Numbered from the stretch's first letter, positions 21,232 to 30,371 are shown. The stretch is 38,073 nt of DNA from Cyanobacteriota bacterium (GCA_046052125.1 JBJOMY010000010.1:1-38073); one strand, 5' to 3'. Numbers and translations: made by a program. The notes: generated from the letters alone by a model not told the origin.

Positions 21232-22323
21232 ATGGTTATGACCAGGCTTCGCAGAATTGCTTCACTTAGTGCCGGAGCGAGCTTGCACATCGGCCTTTGG
21301 TGCGTTGCAACGCCTGCAGACGCCGCTACATGCATTGGAGGCTATACAGATCCACCCAACCCAGGCGATCCCTATGCAGTTAACTACCTTTCCGGAAATG
21401 ACAACAGCATACAAGCAGATCCATCTCCAGGAACAAACAATACAGCTTGTGGTTCAGGAGCAATAGCCGCAGGCGTCATACCTGGAAACGAAAACACAGC
21501 GATTGGCACGAATGCAAAAGCTGGGAACTCCAATCCAAGCGCAACTGTAACTGGTTCCGCAAACACAGCACTAGGAGCCAACTCGAAAGCTGGCCTCAAC
21601 TCAACAACAAACAACAACATCGCGATTGGCACCGGCAGCAACGCTGATGGCGGCAACGCCATCGCGATTGGCACCAATGCAAGCGCCACCTTCGCGAATT
21701 CCATGGCCCTTGGCTCTGGTGCGACGGTGACCCGTGCCAATCAGATCGTGGTGGGCACGGCCAGCAACTCCTACACCTTGCCTGGCCTGGCTAGCGGTGG
21801 CAGTTTCGTAGGCACCACCAACCAAAGCGGTGAAATCCAGTTTGTCACGGTTGATTCCACCGGCAACCTCGGCACGAACAACTTCTCGCCAACAGCGATC
21901 AATAACAGCATTAGCAGCATCAACGACAACATCAGCACGCTGAATTCATCGTTGACAGCAACCAACAGTCGCCTCAGCAGCGCTGAAAAACGGATCACCA
22001 ACGTGGAGAACCGTCTCGACACAGCCGAGAGTTCTCTCAAAACGATGAATAGCCAAATTGAGAATGTAGGCGCTCTGGCAGCAGCCCTCTCCTCGATCCC
22101 CAACCTCACATCCGACAACAAAACCTATGGCTGCGGGATCGGCACCGGCGGCTACGGCAGCGGTTGGGCCGGTGCCGCCGGTTGCACGGGCAAGGTGGGC
22201 TCCAATGTCTGGCTGAACGGCGCAATTGCCTTCACCGGTGCTAACTCAACGCCATGGGGCTCCACCAGTTCGGTGGCTGGGCGTGTAGGTGTGTTTCTGC
22301 AATGGGGCGGACCCAAACAGTAG
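21232..22323 (+). CDS. YadA-like trimeric autotransporter adhesin (type Vc)
   Basis: Signal peptide (..TPADA); head repeats NTAIG/NTALG/NIAIG/AIAIG/SMALG; neck-like NQIVVG; heptad coiled coil; GALAAALSSIP followed by four Gly/aromatic beta-strands ending GVFLQW. Confidence 0.8.
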   Translation: MVMTRLRRIASLSAGASLHIGLWCVATPADAATCIGGYTDPPNPGDPYAVNYLSGNDNSIQADPSPGTNNTACGSGAIAAGVIPGNENTAIGTNAKAGNSNPSATVTGSANTALGANSKAGLNSTTNNNIAIGTGSNADGGNAIAIGTNASATFANSMALGSGATVTRANQIVVGTASNSYTLPGLASGGSFVGTTNQSGEIQFVTVDSTGNLGTNNFSPTAINNSISSINDNISTLNSSLTATNSRLSSAEKRITNVENRLDTAESSLKTMNSQIENVGALAAALSSIPNLTSDNKTYGCGIGTGGYGSGWAGAAGCTGKVGSNVWLNGAIAFTGANSTPWGSTSSVAGRVGVFLQWGGPKQ

Positions 22324-22344
22324 AGACACCCCAGCAGCTCACCG

Positions 22345-22668
22345 ATGTCGATCGCCACGCAACGTCTGATCCTGGCTCTGCCTGCCCTCCTCTGGCCTTG
22401 GCTCACCATCAGTGCAATCGCCCAGACGGGAGCCACCATCAACGAACAGACCCTGCGTTTGCGCTTCGTGTCTGAATGCATGGGGGCATCCAGCGATACA
22501 GCCACACTCAGCTTTTGCAATTGCTCCTTTAGCAAATTGATCGCTCGCTACGGTTTCAAAAGCGTGCTGCAGCAGGATGCGATTGTGAGAGCCAGTAATG
22601 CCAAAGATCTTGTTCAGCTTGCCCGTCTTGCCTGGGAGCCTGAATTCCGTAGCTGCCGCACCCCGTAG
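22345..22668 (+). CDS. Small exported 4-Cys hypothetical protein
   Basis: Signal peptide (..SAIA), C-x12-CxC-...-C pattern; 21 bp after the adhesin stop. Confidence 0.7.
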   Translation: MSIATQRLILALPALLWPWLTISAIAQTGATINEQTLRLRFVSECMGASSDTATLSFCNCSFSKLIARYGFKSVLQQDAIVRASNAKDLVQLARLAWEPEFRSCRTP

Positions 22669-22696
22669 GATCGCTTCGAGCAAGCCACGCAGCCGG

Positions 22697-23554
22697 ATGG
22701 GGCGATCCATCCTGGCGGCGTGTATCGCGCTCTTGCTCTGCTGCGTGGGTAGCAAGGCGATCAGCGCACCTGAGGATCCGGATCTCACCAAGGCGCGAAC
22801 ACAGTTTGAAGCTGGGGATATCGTTGGCGCCATTGAACTCTGGAGTGGAAGGCTCATCCGCCAACCCGACCATCAATCAGCACGCTTTAATCGTGCCCAG
22901 GCTTACTTGGTGCTGGAGCAACATCAACTCGCCCTGGATGATCTCCAACAACTGCTATCGATTCAGCAAGGTCGGCCGATCGCAGAGGCCTACATCATGC
23001 GTGGCGTAGCGCTCACAGGGCTAGGCCGCCATCAGCAAGCCCTCGAGGATTTTGATACGGCCTGGCGGCTGGGCAAGAGCCCGACAGCACTCGCAAACAA
23101 AGCGATGACGCTCAACAGCCTGGGGCGACGATCTGAGGCTTATGCCCTGATGGAGCAGTTGGTGCAGATCGAAGCGAGCACGGCGAATTTCTTGAATCTC
23201 GCCAGCCTGCAAAAAAGCCAAGGCAACCCCGCAGCCTGCATTCAAACCACCAGCAGCATCATCCGCAGCACACCAACCCATGCACAGGCCTATGCCTTGC
23301 GTGGCCTCTGCAAAGAACAGCAGGGCCAATCGGAATCAGCCTTGGCTGATCTTTTGCGCAGCCAGTCGCTAGCCCCCCATCAACCGGACACACTGCTGGC
23401 GATCGGAACCATCCTACGAAAACGCGGCAAGCAGGAAGAAGGCACGCAGTGGATCCTCAAGGCCGCCAGCCTGTATTTGATCGACCGCAAACCCATTGAG
23501 CACAAGAATGCCCTGCAGGCCGCGCAGGCCACCAACCAAAACCCGAAGCACTAA
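22697..23554 (+). CDS. Exported tetratricopeptide-repeat protein
   Basis: Hydrophobic N-terminus; TPR units ARFNRAQAYLVL..ALDDL, AYIMRGVALTGLG..ALEDF, AYALRGLCKEQQG..ALADL. Confidence 0.85.
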   Translation: MGRSILAACIALLLCCVGSKAISAPEDPDLTKARTQFEAGDIVGAIELWSGRLIRQPDHQSARFNRAQAYLVLEQHQLALDDLQQLLSIQQGRPIAEAYIMRGVALTGLGRHQQALEDFDTAWRLGKSPTALANKAMTLNSLGRRSEAYALMEQLVQIEASTANFLNLASLQKSQGNPAACIQTTSSIIRSTPTHAQAYALRGLCKEQQGQSESALADLLRSQSLAPHQPDTLLAIGTILRKRGKQEEGTQWILKAASLYLIDRKPIEHKNALQAAQATNQNPKH

Positions 23555-24900
23555 AGCTTCTGCAAGCTATCCCAGAACGGAAGGATCTGCTGCGTGAAGA
23601 TGGCAATCACAGGCCGCTGGCGCAACACAACATTGGCATTAATCGACATCCCCGAGCGAAGAATCAAATCGCGCCCCTTATAGCGGAGAGCGCTGCGATT
23701 GAGATCAACAGTAACGGGGAAACGAAAGAAGTTGTAGGTTTGATCAGGGGCCAGCACATCCGAACCGATCGACTGAACACGCCCCTTGAGTTCACCGAAC
23801 TCGTTGTAAGGAAAAGCATCAACCCGCACATTCACCAGCTGTCCATTGCGTACAAAACCAATATCACGATTGGACACAAAGATGCGAGCCACCAGATGAT
23901 CGGTTGGCACGATCTTGAGGATCGGCACCTCGCTCTCCACCACAAAGCCAGGGGCTGTGGGCTTCAGGTCGAACACCAAACCGTTCACCGGCGACTTGAT
24001 CTCCTGATATTTCAACGTGAGCTCAGCCTCACTGATCTGGCTGGATAGCTCTGCCAATTGCTTTTCGCTCTCCTCCACCTTGGAGGAGAAGTCGATGCGG
24101 GTCATGGCCTCTGTGTTGGCGAGCTTCGACCTCGCCTCATCCAAGGCTTCACGGCTGCGATTGAGGTTGGAGCTCAGGCTGCGCACTTCGCCACGCAGCA
24201 GGATCACTTCCTGCTTTTCTTTCATGAACTGCGAGCGAGCCATGGCGCCCTGGGCCGTGAGGGGGGCAATATCCCGGAGAATCTGCTCGCGGATGGCAAG
24301 GGCCTCGCGCTTGGAGCTGAGTTGATAGCGCGCCGCATCCAGGTTGGATTGGGCCTGCATCACGCCGCTGCGGGCGGCTGACACACGCGAGGCATATTCC
24401 GAACGCAGCGCCGCCAACTTGCCGGCCTGGTTGGCGGAAAGCTGGGTTCGATCCACCACGGCACCAAGCTGACCACGGCTGAGCTGCAGATCCGCTTCCA
24501 CCCGCTCCCGCACAGCCTTAAGCGCTTTGAGCTTGGATTTCACGGCGGTGGTGTCCATTTCCAGGAGCACCTGGCCAGCGCGCACCGATTGGCCATCCTT
24601 CACCAAAATATCGAGCACAACGCCACCCATGGGCGCCTTCACATCCTTCGTGGTGCCCTTCGGCTCCAGCTTGCCTGTGGCTTGCACCGTTTCATCAATG
24701 CGTGCAAACGACGACCAAACAATCCCGAAGCCCGCCACACCCACAAGGGTCCAGATGATCCAGGAACTCCAGCGACGGCTCGGCTGCAGAGCCGTCCAGT
24801 GCCGTTGGCCCTTCTCCTCAGTGATCCGATGAACAACTTTGTCGCCGGCCCGCTGGAGAGCCGGAAGGGCCCGATGCTCGATCCAACGCTTTAGATCCAT
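23551..24900 (-). CDS. HlyD family type I secretion membrane fusion protein
   Basis: TM then IDETVQATGKLEP, VKAPMGGVV..ILVKDGQSV, long coiled coil, IKSPVNGLV, DIGFV..GQ.V.VRVDAFPYNEFGEL.G.V..IGSD, LRSGM. Confidence 0.93.
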   Translation of the reverse strand: MDLKRWIEHRALPALQRAGDKVVHRITEEKGQRHWTALQPSRRWSSWIIWTLVGVAGFGIVWSSFARIDETVQATGKLEPKGTTKDVKAPMGGVVLDILVKDGQSVRAGQVLLEMDTTAVKSKLKALKAVRERVEADLQLSRGQLGAVVDRTQLSANQAGKLAALRSEYASRVSAARSGVMQAQSNLDAARYQLSSKREALAIREQILRDIAPLTAQGAMARSQFMKEKQEVILLRGEVRSLSSNLNRSREALDEARSKLANTEAMTRIDFSSKVEESEKQLAELSSQISEAELTLKYQEIKSPVNGLVFDLKPTAPGFVVESEVPILKIVPTDHLVARIFVSNRDIGFVRNGQLVNVRVDAFPYNEFGELKGRVQSIGSDVLAPDQTYNFFRFPVTVDLNRSALRYKGRDLILRSGMSINANVVLRQRPVIAIFTQQILPFWDSLQKL

Positions 24901-27542
24901 TGAAACGCGTTCTGGTACTGCGTTTGGCTGATCAAACCACTGCCAACGCCGGCTGCGAAGCCCCACTGCATCAGCGAGATCCCCTCAAAATGCGCGATTG
25001 CGTCTTCACCGCGATACAGCCAACTCTCCGATGTTGGTGCCGGTGAGAGTGATGACGCCAATGCAGCCGGTGCATCCCCCAGCCAATAACTGGTGCCGGG
25101 ATCCAGGCTAGACAAAGGCTGCAGCTCCACCGAATCCTTCGTCAAATCAAAGCTCTGTATCCAGGCATAGCTTAAAGAGTTCGAATAGCACAAGCCACCC
25201 TCTTGGCCACTCAGCACGAAGCGATCTGCACCGTCACCACCCACCAAACGATCCACTTCGCCAACGCTGTTCCCATCGGAGCCCACCAATCTGGAGCCGC
25301 CGGAGCCGGCCATCAACACGTCCGATCCGCCCCGACCGATCAACTGATCCATGCCGGTTCCTCCGGCCAACCAGTCGTTCTGAAGACCGCCGATCAACAG
25401 ATCGTTGCCGGCCTGGCCCCAGAGGCGATTGCCTTGATCCTGGCAACCGATAATTCGGTCATCACCGGCGCCACCCTGCACCGACCGCGCCACAGCCCCT
25501 GAGGTGCCGTATTGATAGGTCGCCCCACCGGCGGGCAACCACACTTGCTCCATCAGAGCCTGGTCGAGCGTGAAGCGACCGATGGCCTGCCCCATCGCCA
25601 GACCGGTGATGTTGTCGAAGGAGAAGTGAATCCCTCCATAGATGCGGCTCAGGCCCGACTCCTCAGCGGCCTGCATCAACGAGGTGTAGGAACGCGTGAT
25701 CTCCCGCTGGTTACCGCCAACAATGGTGAAGGTCTGGGCATCGCCCAGCAGTTGACCAGCCACGGCCGCTGCGGCTGCCGAGAAGGTGCTGTGGCCCGAG
25801 GGGAAGGAGGGGAAGGGAGGCGTGCTGATCAGAGGTAACCAGCCCGGATCAGCCACGGTTTCTGGATTGCCGTCGCGATCGGCTTGCTGAATCGCCGTAA
25901 CAGGACGCCAGAAGGCCGGGTCATACTTCACATCCCAGGCTGCAATCCCGGCGTCCGCCAACGCCATGCCAACCGCCGCATAGAGGCGCACGCTGGCCAG
26001 CAGATTGAGTTGCTGCTGTTCGGCAATGGTGGAAACGATGCTTTGCCAATGGCCGGGCGGTGTTTCCGTGCCAGCTCCGTTCGCCCAGAACTGGGCAATC
26101 TCTCCCTGTTCCGCTGAGCGCAAGCTGCTGGTGCTCGAACCCAGCTGCTTCACCTGCGCAAAGGCCTCGGCATAGGCCGCGGAATTGAGCGCGGGCAGGC
26201 CAGGAATCAGCGGATTGAGCCCAGGGGTGGCCTGGGTAATCGAACCCCTGATCCAGGGATCAGCATCTCCCCAATCCGGCAACGAAGCCGGCATGGGGAA
26301 GGCGGCACTGGTGGGCAGATAGGCACCGGCAACAGCCTTGAGAGGGTCAGGGGGGGCATAACTGGTGCTGCCCAGCAAGTTGCGATCACTCGCACGCAGG
26401 GTGAGCAGCGCTGTAGCGGCCTCACGGCCCAGTACGTCGCCGCGGAGGGTGTCGGGAATGGGGAGAGCCCGAGCGAGGAACTGCTCGGCTGTGGTGACCG
26501 CCGTGGTGGCGTAGCTGCGGCCTTGAAACACCTCCGCCAACACCAAACCAGCTGCCCGTGCCATCGCCACGGAGAGATCCGAACCGCTCCAACGCTGGGG
26601 ATCAGCCTGGATGGCATACCCCGCGTAGGGAGAACCCTGGGCGGCGTTCACCACGTCGTAGAGGGCTGTGTTGAGCAGGGCCAAAGCACGCGCCACGAGG
26701 GGAGGCGGAAGCTTTTCGGCCGCCACACCATCCAGGAGCAGGCGATTCCAAAAGGTGAGGTCCTGCAGATGCGGGTCGATCTGGGAGCGACCATCCACCA
26801 CGATCGTGGTTTGCGCTCCCAGCCCCGCGGCAACCGATGCGGGAACAGCAGAGTTGCCCGCATACAACTGGCGCGATGCCAACCCCAACACACTGCCGCC
26901 ATTGAGCTGCAGGGGGCGCTCCGCCAACAAAGCCAGATCCTGAGCCCGATCACCGGGGCGCACCACGTAGGAGAACCGAAGCTCGCGGCTACCGCTGCCG
27001 CCGATCAAACGGGCCTGCGCCACGCCGCCCTGAAGCGCCAGGGCCAGGGTTGGCGCCCCGCGCACCAACACCGCTTCCGAAAACTGAAGCCGCAGGTCGA
27101 TCACATCACCCACGCGGTAGGTGCGGTTGCGGCTGCCGCAGCGCACACTCAGCAGCTGGGGAGGCTGACTGAGCGATGGGAGGGGAGCGGTTGTTTGCGC
27201 TAATGAACCTGGCTGGGAGCCGGTGGGGAGAGCCAGTGGGCTGAGCTGGCCTTGCAACTGGAGCGTGCAGCCCGGCACTAGATCCAGCTGAGCGATCGCA
27301 TCACCCGAGCGCATGGTGTAGGTGAACAGCACCTGCCGAGAGCCATCTCCGCTCAGATAGCGAGCCATGGCCGGGGAACCACCCAGGTTGAGCGGCAACG
27401 CCTGCCGGGACGCCAGGCGCACGGGCTCGTCAAAGTCGAGCGCCAGCACCAGCACGGAGCCAACCCGGAGCGGCGCGGCCAATGGATCGGGCCAAAGCCG
27501 CCGCACTGCCTGGATCCGTGTGGTTAGCGCAGAGGTCACCAC
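24891..27542 (-). CDS. Vanadium-dependent haloperoxidase (PAP2 superfamily) with two N-terminal Ig-like repeats and C-terminal RTX Ca2+-binding repeats
   Basis: Vanadate-site motifs KYDPAFWRP, TPPFPSFPSGHS, SRIYGGIHF; GGxGxD-like nonapeptides (GGAGDDRII, GQAGNDLLI, GGTGMDQLI, GGDGADRFV); two adhesin-type repeats (FSEAV..G.PTL.L....A....GSGS..L.F.Y.V..GD). Confidence 0.85.
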   Translation of the reverse strand: MVTSALTTRIQAVRRLWPDPLAAPLRVGSVLVLALDFDEPVRLASRQALPLNLGGSPAMARYLSGDGSRQVLFTYTMRSGDAIAQLDLVPGCTLQLQGQLSPLALPTGSQPGSLAQTTAPLPSLSQPPQLLSVRCGSRNRTYRVGDVIDLRLQFSEAVLVRGAPTLALALQGGVAQARLIGGSGSRELRFSYVVRPGDRAQDLALLAERPLQLNGGSVLGLASRQLYAGNSAVPASVAAGLGAQTTIVVDGRSQIDPHLQDLTFWNRLLLDGVAAEKLPPPLVARALALLNTALYDVVNAAQGSPYAGYAIQADPQRWSGSDLSVAMARAAGLVLAEVFQGRSYATTAVTTAEQFLARALPIPDTLRGDVLGREAATALLTLRASDRNLLGSTSYAPPDPLKAVAGAYLPTSAAFPMPASLPDWGDADPWIRGSITQATPGLNPLIPGLPALNSAAYAEAFAQVKQLGSSTSSLRSAEQGEIAQFWANGAGTETPPGHWQSIVSTIAEQQQLNLLASVRLYAAVGMALADAGIAAWDVKYDPAFWRPVTAIQQADRDGNPETVADPGWLPLISTPPFPSFPSGHSTFSAAAAAVAGQLLGDAQTFTIVGGNQREITRSYTSLMQAAEESGLSRIYGGIHFSFDNITGLAMGQAIGRFTLDQALMEQVWLPAGGATYQYGTSGAVARSVQGGAGDDRIIGCQDQGNRLWGQAGNDLLIGGLQNDWLAGGTGMDQLIGRGGSDVLMAGSGGSRLVGSDGNSVGEVDRLVGGDGADRFVLSGQEGGLCYSNSLSYAWIQSFDLTKDSVELQPLSSLDPGTSYWLGDAPAALASSLSPAPTSESWLYRGEDAIAHFEGISLMQWGFAAGVGSGLISQTQYQNAFQWI

Positions 27543-27642
27543 GGCGCAGGCCTAATCAGGGGCCTTGGACATTAAGGATCTTGCGAAGACGCTGCCACGA
27601 AGGAAGCATCCTTCGCATCAATCCAGATAACGGCTATCAGGC

Positions 27643-28761
27643 TCAGACCAAGGGCATCTTCATCACCAACACGCGAAGCAGACCCTCCAGCAGCACCAAA
27701 CCCAGCACAATCCCTGCACTCCAACGCACGAAACGCAGACGCCGCCGCTGCTGACGGGGCAAACGCAACGGGAGGCCCGCCTGACTCTGGAGCCTGCGCA
27801 ATGCCGCCAATTTCAGCTCAACACTCACCAGGTTCACAATCGACACCACCAAGGCTGTGCCGCTCAACAGCAGGCGAGGCCAGAGGCCCATGCCGATCAC
27901 TTTGTAAAAGGGCAGCACGGCCGCCAGGATCGAACCCAAGCCCAATGCCAAGGCCAGAGGCGACACCAACACCATGGCCACGCAGGGGATCGCCAGCAGT
28001 GCGGCCAACAAACCAACGATCTGCGTGAGCCAAGACGAGAACCGCGAAGCGTTCAGGCGCAACTCACGCACACCACTGATGGCCGAGCTCGGGGCCCTCA
28101 CAATGCGCGGTTCCAGCGAAGCGGGGTCGGAGCCGGCGGGCCAACGCACCAGGGCCTGCGTGGGCGGATCCAGCACCATGGCCCCCTCCGGAGCCTCGGC
28201 CAGGAGCCCGGGCAACGCATCCAGGGATGTGGAGTAGGGATAACTGCCGCAGGGATCGTCGGTTTCGAGCAGCTCCCCATATCCACTCACAATCGCGGCC
28301 GCCACAGGCAGCTGCAGCGCCAGGGTGGCCTGCTCATCACGCACGCTGCGCAGCAAGGCTTGGCCAACATCCAAGGCGCGCTGGGCAGGGTTGTCGACGG
28401 CAACGGGAAGGTTGAAGAAGGCTCTGAATTCCAACCAGGCAGCGTCGGAACTGCGATGGGGCGGCACGAAGCCGCCCAGCAGCTGAGCTTCTTGGCGCAG
28501 ACGCTGCAGCAGGGCCGTGGCCTCCGGCTCAGTGGCCGGCACCGGGTGATCGTTTAACCAGAAGCTGCGCCGCAGGCGCAACTGCAGGGTGCTCACCTGG
28601 CTGATCTGGCCGGCCAGCAGATGAGCCTGGCAACGGTTGCAGAGGTTGGGCTGGGTGCGGGAGCGGGCAATCCCCAACAGCTTCGAGACGCCAGCCAACG
28701 GACCCGCCAGGGGCACGGAGCAGGCCAGGCAGCGGTCGGATAGGGGCAGAGAACGCGTCAT
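27643..28761 (-). CDS. Degenerate class III nucleotide cyclase-like membrane protein with N-terminal Cys4 motif
   Basis: CLAC..PNLCNRC; cyclase-fold remnants (RAFFNLPV..DNPAQRAL, LPVAAAIVSG, AEAPEGAMVLD); 3-4 C-terminal TM helices. Confidence 0.65.
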   Translation of the reverse strand: MTRSLPLSDRCLACSVPLAGPLAGVSKLLGIARSRTQPNLCNRCQAHLLAGQISQVSTLQLRLRRSFWLNDHPVPATEPEATALLQRLRQEAQLLGGFVPPHRSSDAAWLEFRAFFNLPVAVDNPAQRALDVGQALLRSVRDEQATLALQLPVAAAIVSGYGELLETDDPCGSYPYSTSLDALPGLLAEAPEGAMVLDPPTQALVRWPAGSDPASLEPRIVRAPSSAISGVRELRLNASRFSSWLTQIVGLLAALLAIPCVAMVLVSPLALALGLGSILAAVLPFYKVIGMGLWPRLLLSGTALVVSIVNLVSVELKLAALRRLQSQAGLPLRLPRQQRRRLRFVRWSAGIVLGLVLLEGLLRVLVMKMPLV

Positions 28762-28775
28762 CGGAACCAGCGAGA

Positions 28776-29690
28776 TCAGGAGGAGAGCTTGGTGTTGGTT
28801 TGATAAGCGGCATGCACGACACGGATCAACTCCTGCAACCGCGGTTCACGGGCAAGCGCCAGGGGAAAGATGAGCAGGTCTTGGTCGATCAGGCCGGTGC
28901 TGAGGTTGAGGGGAGAGATCTGCAGATCAGGATGAATCGTCTGAGCGAACGCCACCGCACGGGCTGTGGATGGCACAACCGTGGCTTGATCCTCCACCAA
29001 CGATTCCCAGGCCCCCGGCTGCAAAAACTTATCCGTCACAGGCTGATTCCATAGATTCAACCGTGTGCATTCCTGAGCGTAAACGCTATCGGCATCCACG
29101 GCCAAGGCAGGGGATGGATACGCCTTCAGATCGTGCCAATCAACGTTGGCCTGACGCTGCAGCGGATGATTGGGATCGCTATAGAGCAGAACGGGATCTT
29201 CACTGAGGGCCAAGATCCCGTAGGGATCACAGGCCTGAGGGCGTGACAACGGCAAGGTGGTTGTTACCCCCAGTGCTGCTGCCAGATCCAAACGCGAGCC
29301 GAGCAGAGCATCGAGCAGCCCCTGCTCCAACAGAGCTAGGGAATGACGGGCGGAGAGCCAGCGCTTGGGGAGCGGCTGCACGAGCTCGGATGGCAACCGC
29401 AGCTGGCCGGCCTCAGCCCACGGCTCCGCGACCAGACGCAGACGCCCGCCCTCCCGGGCACGGAGACGCTGAGCCACGGCGCGCAGGTCGCGCTGCACAT
29501 CAAGATTGCGCGCGGCCTGATAAACCCCGTCGCGTTTTTCCAAGTCGAGGTTGAGAATCTTGGCGCAGGCCCTGGCGCCCCGATAGGCGTTGCTCTGGGC
29601 GATCCCACACACCTCCCCCACCACGTGGGAACTGCCATAAACCTCGAGCAGATCGAGGTAGAGCAAGCCCTCGGAAAAGAGATCCCGCAT
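28776..29690 (-). CDS. LysR-like transcriptional regulator (picocyanobacterial type)
   Basis: N-terminal HTH LDLLEVYGSSHVVGEVCGIAQSNAYR; LALLEQGLLDALL and HPL....V...DL..YPSPAL resemble a LysR substrate-binding domain; ~304 aa. Confidence 0.72.
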   Translation of the reverse strand: MRDLFSEGLLYLDLLEVYGSSHVVGEVCGIAQSNAYRGARACAKILNLDLEKRDGVYQAARNLDVQRDLRAVAQRLRAREGGRLRLVAEPWAEAGQLRLPSELVQPLPKRWLSARHSLALLEQGLLDALLGSRLDLAAALGVTTTLPLSRPQACDPYGILALSEDPVLLYSDPNHPLQRQANVDWHDLKAYPSPALAVDADSVYAQECTRLNLWNQPVTDKFLQPGAWESLVEDQATVVPSTARAVAFAQTIHPDLQISPLNLSTGLIDQDLLIFPLALAREPRLQELIRVVHAAYQTNTKLSS

Positions 29691-29778
29691 AGGCACCACC
29701 TTATGCGAGAAGCGACTCAGACCCTTGCCAAAAGCGGACGATCACCTTGCAGAATCTGCATTCCACGAAGCCTTGACA

Positions 29779-30371
29779 ATGGCCGCTCGAGCATGGCGGA
29801 GAGCACTGCAATCCATGCTCCCCAGAAATCGAAATAACCGAGTTTCGGATAACAGCCTCTGTCTGAGAGTTGATCAGCTGGCTGCTGTCTGGCCGTTTCA
29901 CATCGTGATCCGGGATGGTGATGTCAACCGAATCGGTCCTGCTTTAAAGAAATGCCTGGGTCACCGCGACGCGGTGGGGGCAACGCTGCCCAGCCTGCTG
30001 GCGATCACCGCACCGGATGATCTGGCTGCGCTGAACTGGAAGCAGCCGGAACCGCTGCTGGATCGGCCTCTGGAACTCTCCACGCCATCAGGGCTGTGCT
30101 TCAGCGGCGAGCTGCAACCGTTGCAGGGCGATGGGTGGCTGCTGATTTTGCAACCGATCGCCCAATCGATCCGCGACCTGCACCGCTACGGACTGACGCT
30201 GCAAGACCTCAGCCTCAGCGATCCCCTGCGCCACCATGTGTTGCCCTCACTGCTGAACGAGGGACTGCAAGACATGCTGCTGCAGGAAGCAAGCCTGGCG
30301 AAGGAGGAGCTGGGTGAGGCCGCGATTGAACGGGCCTGGCTTGATCTGGGGCTGGAAGCAGGCCCGCAGCC

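Noticed and set aside
29773..29778. Perfect TTGACA -35 hexamer upstream of the HNOBA gene
   Set aside because: No plausible -10 at 16-18 bp spacing.
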